Virus record (IMG/VR): IMGVR_UViG_3300039155_000018
Coordinates: 1-64,000 of that record
Reading direction: 5' to 3' (one strand)
Length of the DNA stretch: 64,000 bases
From: a virus
Taxonomy: Duplodnaviria > Heunggongvirae > Uroviricota > Caudoviricetes
Shown here: positions 46,964-56,526 of the stretch, piece by piece
How positions within the stretch are numbered: position 1 is the stretch's first letter
Layout: each line of letters opens with the position of its first letter
Made by a program: the position numbers and the translations under genes
Notes under the pieces: generated by a model
Databases searched by the model: none
What the model was told of the DNA's origin: nothing
Seen by the model: only the letters and a program-made list of their open reading frames with translations

Positions 46964-47409
46964 TTAATTTCCAACCATGCAAAATTTAGTTGATAAATAT
47001 CTTGGGGTGTGATTTTATGTAGGGAGTCATCTTCAAACCAAGAACTCCCACACTGTAGAGCGCAATGTGCTAGAAACTCAGAACAAAACCACCTGTGCTT
47101 CTTTTCAGATTTAATTCTGAACGCAATTCCAATGGCCCCCAAGTAATCATATTTCTTACCTAGTTGACTCTTGGCATAGCTAACAAAGACCTTAGAATCT
47201 TTCACAGGGTATGTCTTAATTTCCCAAGTAGAACTACTTGCTTTCAACACAGATAAAGAAGAAACTCTGACGCCGCCTGCCATAACGGACTCGACAACAT
47301 TATCTCCATCAATTACAGCGCAATGAGACCAATCCGACCAAGTGAAAAGGCGAATTATCAAGGAGCCTATCTTATTCGACCTAGTGAAGATAATATCAAC
47401 TGAGTCCAT
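46960..47409 (-). CDS. permuted papain-fold (PPPDE/YiiX-like) cysteine peptidase, endolysin/endopeptidase candidate
   Basis: WSHCAV (His) precedes FCSEF (Cys), the permuted papain-fold order. It lies at the head of the holin-spanin cassette. Confidence 0.35.
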   Translation of the reverse strand: MDSVDIIFTRSNKIGSLIIRLFTWSDWSHCAVIDGDNVVESVMAGGVRVSSLSVLKASSSTWEIKTYPVKDSKVFVSYAKSQLGKKYDYLGAIGIAFRIKSEKKHRWFCSEFLAHCALQCGSSWFEDDSLHKITPQDIYQLNFAWLEIK

Positions 47410-47413
47410 GTAA

Positions 47414-47980
47414 TCACCTGTTATTCCCTACACCAACCACAATGTTTAGGATAGAATCTCTGACATTTTGAGTGAATTGTACAGCAGGTTCCCTGTCACC
47501 GGCAGCAACAGATGCCCTGATTTGCTCTTTCGCTAAGAGTCTGGTCTCTCTAATAGCATAAAGAGCAGATGAATAGGCAGTGGCTTCAGCTAGGATATCA
47601 TCGGCAGCCTCCTGCGGACCTCTGTCACCAACAGCCCATGCAGAAACAGCCCTGGGAACATCTCCTAGGGGGTAACCCGCATCTTTAAACTTCTGGGCCT
47701 CTTCGGCAGCCCACTGGTACTCTACAACTCTGAGAGGATCACCAGCAACGGCGAGCCTGGCTGTATCTGCTGTAACATCTACAACACCACACAGGTATAT
47801 CGTTAAATCCTCATCCGATAGTCCCTTTTCAAGACTCCAAACGTCTCCCACGTTTACAGGGTTTGCAGACTCTGTAAAAGTATCGTAGTGTTCCATGAAA
47901 ATCATTTGACTATTTTCAAAATCTTCTTTTGTTGCAAAAATAGCTACTACAATATTATTTTTAAGACAAACGCATGTCAT
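47414..47980 (-). CDS. hypothetical protein (fibre-associated)
   Basis: A 188-aa ORF. Confidence 0.4.
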   Translation of the reverse strand: MTCVCLKNNIVVAIFATKEDFENSQMIFMEHYDTFTESANPVNVGDVWSLEKGLSDEDLTIYLCGVVDVTADTARLAVAGDPLRVVEYQWAAEEAQKFKDAGYPLGDVPRAVSAWAVGDRGPQEAADDILAEATAYSSALYAIRETRLLAKEQIRASVAAGDREPAVQFTQNVRDSILNIVVGVGNNR

Positions 47981-47992
47981 TTTTGAGGTTCC

Positions 47993-48952
47993 TTATAAAG
48001 AGGCTTCAGCCCCAGAGAGAGTACTTCGTCCTGTACCAACAGTAGTTTCTACCCCTACTAGGGCACCTGCTGCATCAATCCTAGTAGCACGATTACTCGT
48101 TGCCCCAGAATAGAAGAGGCCAATTGATCCCATACCTGCACCCGCTGGGAGGAGTCCTGCACTGCCAACCAGAGTTTCACTACCGATTAGAGCACCATCC
48201 GCGTCAATTCTGGTAGCAATATTATTACTAGGTGACCCGCCGTAGAAGATACCGATACCCCCTGTTGAGATCGTCGCACCTCCCAAACTATACCGCACTG
48301 TCCCAACCGATGTCTCACTACCAAACAATGTTCCATCTTCGCTTATGCGAGTTACCGTATTAACGTTTGTACTTGATTTAGTACCTGCGTAGAACATGGC
48401 ATTACCTCCCACAGAGGCTCCTGCGTGCCGCCATCTACGTCCTGCCGGTCCCACAGTCACCTGACTCCCTACGAGAGTGCCCGTGGCGTCTATTCTCGTA
48501 AGTAATGGCGTTGTTATATCTCCCCCATAAAACAGCCCAAGCGAAGTTGTGGAGGCTCCTGCAACATAATTTCTTCCGGTCCCAGCAGCAGTTTCCATCC
48601 CAACTAGAGTACCGACTGCCGAGATTCGTGTGACTGTTGTAGAAACACCACCAGAAGTACCACTCCCAGAGTAGAACATGGCATTACCTCCCACAGAGGC
48701 TCCGCCATGCAGTCTTTTCGGACTTCCTACATTACTTTCACTCCCAACTAAGGCACCGTCTACATCTATTCTAGTTAGCAAGTTTGTTGCAGGGACAGCT
48801 CCACCGAAGAACATTCCCACATAAATCGGAGTAGGACTTCCGTCTGGCCATACCTGAACAGTGTTGAAATATATTTCCGAAACGTTAATCCCGTTGAAGT
48901 ATATTTCTGTCAGTGGTATTGTATTAAACTGAAAAGCCATAACTTTCCCCAA
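47993..48952 (-). CDS. receptor-binding/tail-fibre protein with six ~47-aa Gly-rich repeats (Kelch/beta-propeller-like)
   Basis: The repeat unit is TRID.DGALVGSET.VG...R...GGA.......FY.GG, six times. The DNA shows near-identical internal duplications, for example CATGGCATTACCTCCCACAGAGGCTCC at about 48401 and 48670. Confidence 0.5.
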   Translation of the reverse strand: MGKVMAFQFNTIPLTEIYFNGINVSEIYFNTVQVWPDGSPTPIYVGMFFGGAVPATNLLTRIDVDGALVGSESNVGSPKRLHGGASVGGNAMFYSGSGTSGGVSTTVTRISAVGTLVGMETAAGTGRNYVAGASTTSLGLFYGGDITTPLLTRIDATGTLVGSQVTVGPAGRRWRHAGASVGGNAMFYAGTKSSTNVNTVTRISEDGTLFGSETSVGTVRYSLGGATISTGGIGIFYGGSPSNNIATRIDADGALIGSETLVGSAGLLPAGAGMGSIGLFYSGATSNRATRIDAAGALVGVETTVGTGRSTLSGAEASL

Positions 48953-49496
48953 TCTTCAAACCGTCTGCCAGAGACAGCATCTCCGGTTGATTATAAGAGA
49001 GTGTTTGAATTATCTCTGGTTTTAAAATATTCTCATCAACTAGACGACTAAGAACGTTCCTGTCTTTTACGACTGACTCCATTGTCAATGGAGAGATATG
49101 CCCAATTGAGTAGACCTCACTCTTGACTTTCAATACAAGTCTTTCTTGTGCTTCTCTAGCAAAATTGAGTTCGTACATTTCTCTATCAGATTTTCCAGGA
49201 ACCCTCTCTTTCTCTGCCTCTTCGATAAGTCTGGTCTCAAATAATTCAAGGAATCTGATCTCGTCTCGACAGTCTTGGATAAGGTCTTCCCTGTTTGACT
49301 GAACAATCTCCTCTTCTTCTCTCTCCCAGATATCCAAAGAGTCTTTCGTTGCCTCCCACTTACGCTTGTGAAGTTCCGCAATAGCAAGTGCCTGTCTACG
49401 ATCTGTCAGGAAATTTCTGATAACCCGAAGACGTTCCCATACTGTCAGACCATCCACTTTGATTAGATAGTCATAGTTCCTGTTCACTTGAGACAT
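48924..49496 (-). CDS. hypothetical protein (fibre chaperone candidate)
   Basis: A 190-aa ORF. Confidence 0.35.
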   Translation of the reverse strand: MSQVNRNYDYLIKVDGLTVWERLRVIRNFLTDRRQALAIAELHKRKWEATKDSLDIWEREEEEIVQSNREDLIQDCRDEIRFLELFETRLIEEAEKERVPGKSDREMYELNFAREAQERLVLKVKSEVYSIGHISPLTMESVVKDRNVLSRLVDENILKPEIIQTLSYNQPEMLSLADGLKIGESYGFSV

Positions 49497-50242
49497 CAGG
49501 CATCACTCCCATCGTTCGTAATATACAACGTTGTTCCATCCAGTCTTACTTTGATGCCACCAACAACAGTAGAGGACGCATTAGGGATAGAACCTCCACC
49601 ACCTCCAGTATTTTCAATAGTAATAGTGTCAGTACCTTGGGTTACAGAAATTCCAGCGCCTGCTACAATACTCCGTAGCTTTAAGTCAACTCCAGATTTC
49701 TCTTTAAATACCCCAGAACCAGCCCCTACGTTAGAGGCTGTGTTTACTTCACCTGTAGCAATTACTACATCGCCGGAACCAAGTAGAGAGTTACCATTGA
49801 CCGTCTTGATATTATTACCAGAAACAAGTGTATCTTGCTTTGCATCCAGCGCGGCCTGTAGACCAATAATATTGGCAATTTGGTGGGTGTGTACGTAAGG
49901 AGAAAACGCCAGTACCCAATAAGTACCCGCAATGTCTATGGTGGGGTCTTGAACTACTGTAGTAGGTCCTGTATTTTGTACAGACTTATAGAGATTCCCA
50001 TTACTGCCCTGTACATAGGATTTATTCGCAATGTAATCAGTTGTAGCATCCCACTCAGCAATCCCTCGCTCGTTGACGTGGGCATTGAAGGCATCCTGTC
50101 TATTCTGTACCCAGTTTTCTACTTGAGCTTTGGGCACCTCTGCTACCCAACCTGTCTCCATTTTAGCATCTGTCGGAGTTTCTACGTCCCCAAGAGCTGC
50201 CCAAATCTTTGAAGATATGTTAGCGGGTTTATTTGTAGTCAT
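49496..50242 (-). CDS. tail fibre protein (paralogue B)
   Basis: Its N-terminal about 80 aa (QVENWVQNRQDAFNAHVNERGIAEWDATTDY) is shared with 50820..51845. The rest is Gly/Ser/Thr-rich with beta-like repeats. Confidence 0.55.
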   Translation of the reverse strand: MTTNKPANISSKIWAALGDVETPTDAKMETGWVAEVPKAQVENWVQNRQDAFNAHVNERGIAEWDATTDYIANKSYVQGSNGNLYKSVQNTGPTTVVQDPTIDIAGTYWVLAFSPYVHTHQIANIIGLQAALDAKQDTLVSGNNIKTVNGNSLLGSGDVVIATGEVNTASNVGAGSGVFKEKSGVDLKLRSIVAGAGISVTQGTDTITIENTGGGGGSIPNASSTVVGGIKVRLDGTTLYITNDGSDA

Positions 50243-50805
50243 TACTCACCTCTCTTGATTTCATTACTGAGAGAGTTCCAAAACTTCTCAAATTCTTTAT
50301 ATTCTCTAGACTCTGCATCCACTTCACCGAGACAATAAGGGATTGTATTTTCTCTGCGAGTAACCAAACCTCTAAGCTTATTCCCACCGGCATAAACCCA
50401 TCGAGTGAGTTGCTGGCAAGCTGCCTCGTACTTCCCTTCACGGATCAAAGAAACCAGTGTACTAGAACGAACATTACCGACACCAACATTGAAAGTAAAA
50501 TCAGTAAGCGCTGCTCTCTGCCAGTTACTTGAGTAGGGAATCTTTAAAGAATCCAACTCTTTCTCGTGCTTTACCCAATCTATCACAAATATATCTACGC
50601 ACTCATCTTCTGTGTAAGAGGCTTTAGCCTGACTTTCGAAACTAGCATGCCCAATACAATAGGTTTGGATTCCTACAGGATCGAAGTAAGTCTCTAAAGA
50701 AACCCCTTCGCTTGGGACAGTGAGATTAACTGCAACATAAGCCCCACTCATAGAGAGACCTGCTGCAAAGAAAGCCGCTATGATTTTTTGCTTTAAACTT
50801 TTCAA
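50242..50805 (-). CDS. SAR-type GH24 lysozyme (T4 e / P21 R-like)
   Basis: It has a weakly hydrophobic Gly/Ala-rich SAR N-terminus (IIAAFFAAGLSMSGAYVAV). It has the catalytic E-8aa-D-5aa-T pattern (SEGVSLETYFDPVGIQTYCIGH) and the C-terminal WVYAGG...RRENT. Confidence 0.65.
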   Translation of the reverse strand: MKSLKQKIIAAFFAAGLSMSGAYVAVNLTVPSEGVSLETYFDPVGIQTYCIGHASFESQAKASYTEDECVDIFVIDWVKHEKELDSLKIPYSSNWQRAALTDFTFNVGVGNVRSSTLVSLIREGKYEAACQQLTRWVYAGGNKLRGLVTRRENTIPYCLGEVDAESREYKEFEKFWNSLSNEIKRGE

Positions 50806-50819
50806 GGTCTCTCCTTATA

Positions 50820-51845
50820 TTAGAATTTAATAATCCCCAGCATGGCGATATTCTTCATGCGAGTCTCTGTTCCGCCTGTTGAGGCGTTATTCATCGTAAT
50901 TGTGTGACTGTGTTGACCCGCTTGTGCTGCTGAACTAGTAATAGTATGTGTGTGTTGTCCTGAAGACTGAACAGTTGCGGTGTGACTATGCAACCCGCTC
51001 GAAGATGATGCCATAGAATGCGTGGTCCATGTTGGGTCGTTTGACGGACCGGATGTAGTCCTAGTATTTCCCGCAAAGATTTCTCCGTTCCCAGAAATTC
51101 TCCTTATATATGTCTCCGTGTGGGTGTGGTCACCTGCATCTGCAATGCTGGCTGTGTGAGTATGTTGACCACTCCCTGCTGAGGTGCTCGTAATAGTATG
51201 TAAATGTTGACCCGCTTGTGCTGCTGACGCAGTGTTGTTATGGGTGTGACTGGTAAACAAATCGCCCTGATAAGACCCTTGAACTCGTGAAGGGTCTAGG
51301 TTCCTACCTCGGTCAACACCGCGAACAACGACACCTCTCATATCCGGTAGGTTGAATGTTGTACTCCCGTTCCCGTTACCGTATGTAGTGCCAATGACTG
51401 CGAACAGGGCTGCGTAAGTTGTACGACTAACAGCACTACCATCTGCAATCAACCACCCTCTTGGGGCAGAGGTGCCAGCAAACATCTGAGTAGAACCCGT
51501 AGGGACCATTGCCTCATATGGAGAGAATGCAATGTCCCAATACACTGGATTATTTACCGGCTGGTTTGTATTTGTAACTAGACAACGATAAACAATCCCA
51601 GAAATGGGATCAACAACATAGCTCTTACTAGCTTGATATTCAGTCTCACCATCCCAGTAAGGGATACCGTGTTGGTTAACATGAGCATTGAAATTATCTT
51701 GCTTGTTGTCTAGCCAGTTCTGTACTTGGTAAGGGGGCTTTTCAACTTCCCAACCAAGGTCGATCTTGCTTACATCTGGAGCGGATTTTAGTCCACCCTC
51801 TGCCCATCTGTTATTAATTCCAGAAGGCTTAGAAATATCAGGCAT
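50820..51845 (-). CDS. tail fibre protein (paralogue A) with His-box (HxH) repeats
   Basis: It shares its N-terminal domain with 49496..50242. The C-terminal part has repeated HTHxxT / QHxHTIT motifs resembling the HxH metal-binding boxes of T4 gp12/gp37. Confidence 0.55.
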   Translation of the reverse strand: MPDISKPSGINNRWAEGGLKSAPDVSKIDLGWEVEKPPYQVQNWLDNKQDNFNAHVNQHGIPYWDGETEYQASKSYVVDPISGIVYRCLVTNTNQPVNNPVYWDIAFSPYEAMVPTGSTQMFAGTSAPRGWLIADGSAVSRTTYAALFAVIGTTYGNGNGSTTFNLPDMRGVVVRGVDRGRNLDPSRVQGSYQGDLFTSHTHNNTASAAQAGQHLHTITSTSAGSGQHTHTASIADAGDHTHTETYIRRISGNGEIFAGNTRTTSGPSNDPTWTTHSMASSSSGLHSHTATVQSSGQHTHTITSSAAQAGQHSHTITMNNASTGGTETRMKNIAMLGIIKF

Positions 51846-51861
51846 TTATATTCTCTCTTAA

Positions 51862-52653
51862 TTAAACGGGGTTGATCTGGTTGTTGTCTTTATCAAAGAA
51901 CAGAAGTTGAATACCAAGCGGCTTCAGCATGAAAGGGGTTAGATTCCCGTCTTTGTCTGGAATCTGAGCGTGAAGCATCCAGATTTCGAGGAGTGTTAGA
52001 GGACGAGTGAACCTGACCGAGACTGTAGGGCGTCCGGTGGCCGTAAGGTCTGTTATGCCGTCCCAGTAGATACCACCAGGGGTGTTTCCATCCGTATATC
52101 CAGAGACATCTGTAGCCCCCTCATAACCGAACCATTGTACATCCTGGGTTTCAACGTAAGTCCCACTACTCCCTAAACTTCCGTCCCCAAACACATAGTC
52201 CAAGAAGGTTAGGAAGTCGTCCGTTGTGCCTCTAGAACTGTTCTTAATGATCCTAGCTCTAATCATTCTCCGGTAAGAGTCATCGTCAAGTGTAACGTTC
52301 CCCCCCAAGGGGGCACCCTGTGAGTACCAGAAGCCACCAACAGAGGCATCGTTTAAGTCACCGAAGGTGTCGGCAGTAATGTCCTCAAGGAAGCCGAAGA
52401 ACGTGTACAAAGCCGCTTGAGCCTGGACTCTTGGTTGCCCTACCAAGTCTCCGATGATATCTAGTTGTTTCCCTTGAGCTGTGTCCAAGGAGCGATACTG
52501 GAGAAGGTTATTAATCTCTTGGAATAGGGCACTGTGTTGTAGAAACATTATTTGAAGATGCTTTTGGAATACAGGCTTATCTTTATAATGCTCTGTAATC
52601 CAAGAAAGAGCTTCTTGGTAGTAATCTTTTGAAGGTAATGCTGGATTAATCAC
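51862..52653 (-). CDS. baseplate wedge protein (P2 gpI / Mu gp48-like candidate)
   Basis: It sits between the fibre and the J-like gene. The size is 263 aa. Confidence 0.4.
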   Translation of the reverse strand: MINPALPSKDYYQEALSWITEHYKDKPVFQKHLQIMFLQHSALFQEINNLLQYRSLDTAQGKQLDIIGDLVGQPRVQAQAALYTFFGFLEDITADTFGDLNDASVGGFWYSQGAPLGGNVTLDDDSYRRMIRARIIKNSSRGTTDDFLTFLDYVFGDGSLGSSGTYVETQDVQWFGYEGATDVSGYTDGNTPGGIYWDGITDLTATGRPTVSVRFTRPLTLLEIWMLHAQIPDKDGNLTPFMLKPLGIQLLFFDKDNNQINPV

Positions 52654-52662
52654 ACTACCTCC

Positions 52663-54117
52663 TTACGTTGTAGTGATAGTGATGTTGTCTGCGCTAAAAG
52701 AAGCGATCTCGTCGTATGCAATCGCAATATTTGACGTACCAATAGGGGAAGCTGTTGTCCCAATAGTCATAGAGCTGACATAGTGTCCTCTGACTTGGTT
52801 GATTGGAGTGAACAGGCGCGTATAAATAACATCGTCCCCAATCTGATATGTCCCTACTGTAAAGTCAATAACCGCTTGCTTGATCTGGTCAATACCGTCT
52901 CCGGGGAATACGTCAGGGTCAAGTACAATAGTAAGATCAATATAGATAGGCACTTCAGTAGGTCTTGAGAATTTTACGGTACGGTTGCTCCCACGAACAT
53001 CCTTTGCAATGGCACTTGTATTCCCTTGAGGAGCAATACCTAGAGGTTTATTTCTCCAAACTTCTTGAGCAATTTCAGCATCATTTCCACCGGACACCAC
53101 AGCAACATAAGAATAAGGGGGAACGCCGTTTACTGTGACACCACTATCATTCTCTTCAATATTGACGCTGTAAACGCCCTCAAGATTACGCAATGCAGAA
53201 TAGAGGGAGTCCCACAGGTTGCTTGCTCGTGTACTTCTTGAAGTTAACAGGCGATCTCTGAGTTCTTCGTCTGTTTCAGGATTTCTGCCCGGAATGGCAG
53301 GATTTGGGTTAGTTACAGAACGCCAACCAAGAATGGGAGTAGAGATAGATACAATTGTATTAGAATCTTGTTGCAGCGGACCAACTTCTGTTGCTGTGGC
53401 AGTCACAACCATCTTCATTTGAGATAGTTGAATATTACTCGTGATCGTAAATACTGCCGGGGATGTTGGTTGCAACCTATCAATCGAGAGTGTGTTACCA
53501 ACAAGAGATGCTGAAAGCTGTGTATTATGAACAGAGTCAATTACGAATTTAATTCCCTCAGCAACTTCACGCTGGGTCTGGTTGCCGGGAGAAGTGAATG
53601 TAATTGTAGACGTGCTTGTTCCAACACGATACGTAATGATGTAATCTTGAGGGGTAGCTGCTGGTGCTGGGATAACAATGATAGATGCAGCATAGTTTGT
53701 AATGTTTGCACTTACATTGTTATTAATTTGCCATTCAGTTCCAGTGTCTGTAGCTCTAACAATAGAACCTTGAGGGACTGTTGTAGCCGCATCCATCAGG
53801 AGAACTAACTGCACAGAAGAAGCAGTGGCTGGTTGAGCCTCTAGGCCCACTAGCTGGGCTAAATTCTTTAGTGGAATACCTTCGGCTGAGTTAGGATCAA
53901 AAGCGCTGTAAACGCCTTGTAGGGCCTCCCAGAGATCAGCTAGGGAAGGACTGACAAGGTTTACAAGTCTTCCGATGTTACTGCTGTCACTTGTATCTAC
54001 AACGTCATTTGGGTTAGTCAACAAATCCTGGAATACTGGGACGGATTGTTCCTTCAACCCGCTGATAATTTGTGGCAGGCGTTTGAGTTCAAAACCTGCC
54101 GGTGTTAGTCCTGCCAT
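52663..54117 (-). CDS. baseplate J-like protein
   Basis: A 484-aa protein immediately downstream of the gp25/W-like gene, as in P2/Mu-type tails. Confidence 0.45.
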   Translation of the reverse strand: MAGLTPAGFELKRLPQIISGLKEQSVPVFQDLLTNPNDVVDTSDSSNIGRLVNLVSPSLADLWEALQGVYSAFDPNSAEGIPLKNLAQLVGLEAQPATASSVQLVLLMDAATTVPQGSIVRATDTGTEWQINNNVSANITNYAASIIVIPAPAATPQDYIITYRVGTSTSTITFTSPGNQTQREVAEGIKFVIDSVHNTQLSASLVGNTLSIDRLQPTSPAVFTITSNIQLSQMKMVVTATATEVGPLQQDSNTIVSISTPILGWRSVTNPNPAIPGRNPETDEELRDRLLTSRSTRASNLWDSLYSALRNLEGVYSVNIEENDSGVTVNGVPPYSYVAVVSGGNDAEIAQEVWRNKPLGIAPQGNTSAIAKDVRGSNRTVKFSRPTEVPIYIDLTIVLDPDVFPGDGIDQIKQAVIDFTVGTYQIGDDVIYTRLFTPINQVRGHYVSSMTIGTTASPIGTSNIAIAYDEIASFSADNITITTT

Positions 54118-54129
54118 GCTTTCCCCTGA

Positions 54130-54507
54130 TTAGAAAATATTACTAATAGTGACAAGTTCTGAAACAGCTTGCCTTTGAGTGTCCCTAATTTTAAAGCGAC
54201 ACTGATATGATCTTGTGAGTCCATCTAGAGAAGATTCCCAATACGAGATTTCTGAAACACCATCTTCATCTAAAATTGCTTCTTGAATAATTCCGTCAAT
54301 GAACTCTTTAGTGATTAACTTCTTGCCGAGGATTTGTCCTAGATAGTCAACACCGTAAGTTTCATTGAACAGCCACTCACCAGTAAAGGTGCGTAGTTTA
54401 ATGTAAACTCGTTGAATAACTACGTCAGGAAAATCTGATTTAACCTGAGAGGGTCCGTTATTCCAAACAAGGTCCCCTGTCTGCTTAACATCCATAAATA
54501 AGTCCAC
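54130..54507 (-). CDS. baseplate wedge protein gp25/gpW-like
   Basis: The 125-aa size and position fit. It resembles the GPW/gp25 lysozyme-like family. Confidence 0.5.
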   Translation of the reverse strand: MDLFMDVKQTGDLVWNNGPSQVKSDFPDVVIQRVYIKLRTFTGEWLFNETYGVDYLGQILGKKLITKEFIDGIIQEAILDEDGVSEISYWESSLDGLTRSYQCRFKIRDTQRQAVSELVTISNIF

Positions 54508-54516
54508 GATTGCTCC

Positions 54517-55275
54517 TTATACTGCCGGCTGGGTAAATGCTGTACCGGGGGTAGTAGTCCAAGAGTAGCTATGAACGTGAGAAGCCATTTCAACACCATT
54601 GACTTTAACGGACGGCGCTGCAACATAACCGGATGCTGTGAGATTACCCGTTAAATTAATGTTCCCATTCCAATTTGTTTCCGGCACATTAACTTCCATA
54701 GTCTCGCTATTAATGGTCACTTCTCCAGCATTAACTGTTACGGACTGGTTTGTATTCACTGTAACGCCACCAGAGACATGTAATCTAATCTCTGTTTCTT
54801 CCGGAGTGCCCATGTTGTGATATAGCACCACATCATTGACATCATGAGTCCACGAACGCTTGGCCTGATCTTGTAAAGACATCTGCATTGGGACAACGCC
54901 TACTGTTGCGTAGCAGTCGTTTAGGTTGAAGCGCCTATCGTCTGTCGGGGTAGATGTTCTACCGTTACCACGCTTCCATACGTCCAAGCTGCGCATCGAG
55001 AAGTGCAACCAACAAGGGTCTCCAACTCTGACAGGAACTACAACTCCACCAATCATGCTTGCAAACTGCTGTAGAGGGACGTTCAATACAGTAGCGTGCT
55101 CCATAACCCTACCCTGCTCATCCACAATATTTAGGGAAGGTAGTACGTCCAAGTATTGTTGTTTCCCATCATCCCTGACTGTTACAATAACTCCCGGCAT
55201 CGACGTGTAAACATCTTTAAGACCCTGTTCTGTCGCAGCTTTTAAGACTTTAGACAATGTTACCTGTTGAGACAT
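54517..55275 (-). CDS. baseplate spike/hub protein (gpV/Mu gp45-like candidate)
   Basis: The C-terminus is beta-rich with repeated VTVN/VNV segments, and HVHSY lies near the tip. Confidence 0.4.
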   Translation of the reverse strand: MSQQVTLSKVLKAATEQGLKDVYTSMPGVIVTVRDDGKQQYLDVLPSLNIVDEQGRVMEHATVLNVPLQQFASMIGGVVVPVRVGDPCWLHFSMRSLDVWKRGNGRTSTPTDDRRFNLNDCYATVGVVPMQMSLQDQAKRSWTHDVNDVVLYHNMGTPEETEIRLHVSGGVTVNTNQSVTVNAGEVTINSETMEVNVPETNWNGNINLTGNLTASGYVAAPSVKVNGVEMASHVHSYSWTTTPGTAFTQPAV

Positions 55276-56194
55276 TAACAGCTCCTGTTTTATCTGGTCT
55301 TAGAAGGAGTGCCCACCTATGGTTTCCATCTTGTCTGTACCTAGAACAATTAACATCGCAAAGCCAAGTGCTAGGAGAGTGGGATGTTCCGCTGAATCTC
55401 ACAGTATCTACTTTGTAATAATCAGTGAACCCCTCGTACTCAAGACGAATAATCCCACCAGCTTGAATTCTTGGATTAAGCAAACACTGGAATGTGATGC
55501 CAGCACTATTTGAATTCTGTTCTGTGGAATCTTCTGATCTGTAGGGTCTCCCAACTAAACCAGATAGCTGATTGATTCTATAAGCCTTCTCAACATTCAG
55601 TTCCCAGCTCATTCCAGCATCAGCAACAAACAGCGTGTCGTTATCAATGTTCCAATCGAGCTTATAAGCTTTAGCGAGCTGTTTGAGAAGGGAGTAAGGA
55701 TTCCCCATTAAACTATAACCGTCTGGCAAAGTCTTGGATAGGAAGTCACCTTGAGCAGTTACTTTCTTAATGGAAGGGACTTTAGAAACGATGTGATTGA
55801 TAACATCTCGCACAGTCTTACCAGCAGGAATAGTGTGGCTTATATGAATATCGGAGAGTTCTGTAAAGATCGGAGTTACGCGGATTTCTGTAATGACCTC
55901 CGCCTGTTCGGGACTGGTCTTTACAGAAACAGCTTCTCCAGAAAAGAGATAAGTTAGGTTCCCTTCTTGTTGATAACCAACTTTTAAGATCACCTGCACC
56001 TCACCTCTTTCTAGGAGGGTTTGTTTTTCTCTGGCTAAGTTCCAGATACGGATTGTGGCATGATTGGATTGGGATGTTGCGGAGCTGGAATCTTTCGTTA
56101 CTTCAAAAGACATATTCAGATCATTGATTTCCCAACCCCTTCCTGACAATCTATCACTCACTGTCAAGGAGTAAATAATCCCAACTTGCATCAT
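55250..56194 (-). CDS. tail/baseplate hub protein (P2 gpD / Mu gpP-like candidate)
   Basis: The 314-aa size and position fit. Confidence 0.35.
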   Translation of the reverse strand: MMQVGIIYSLTVSDRLSGRGWEINDLNMSFEVTKDSSSATSQSNHATIRIWNLAREKQTLLERGEVQVILKVGYQQEGNLTYLFSGEAVSVKTSPEQAEVITEIRVTPIFTELSDIHISHTIPAGKTVRDVINHIVSKVPSIKKVTAQGDFLSKTLPDGYSLMGNPYSLLKQLAKAYKLDWNIDNDTLFVADAGMSWELNVEKAYRINQLSGLVGRPYRSEDSTEQNSNSAGITFQCLLNPRIQAGGIIRLEYEGFTDYYKVDTVRFSGTSHSPSTWLCDVNCSRYRQDGNHRWALLLRPDKTGAVNVSTGNIV

Positions 56195-56526
56195 TCCTCC
56201 GTTTCATATACATAGAAAAAATTAAACCATGTTGACAGGTTTTGAGGCTCTGTCTTATACTTCTCAATACTGTTACCAATAGGTACTAGAAGGAAGTAGC
56301 CCGTCAGGCCCTCTAGAAGATACCCTTCAGCAATCTCATGCTCTGGGGTAATCTTGATGCCTTGTAGGAGATAATTTTCAGCACCAGTTTGGCGAATGTC
56401 TAGATACCAAGATTGCATTCTAACGTTATAATTGAATGTCAGATCAAAGGATGTGCCTTGAAGGTCTGTTGAGTAAAGGTAAGAGGGGTCAGAGTAGAGT
56501 GGCAGCGGCACAGCTTCAAAAATCAT
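56191..56526 (-). CDS. tail protein
   Basis: A 111-aa ORF overlapping both neighbouring genes. Confidence 0.35.
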   Translation of the reverse strand: MIFEAVPLPLYSDPSYLYSTDLQGTSFDLTFNYNVRMQSWYLDIRQTGAENYLLQGIKITPEHEIAEGYLLEGLTGYFLLVPIGNSIEKYKTEPQNLSTWFNFFYVYETEE

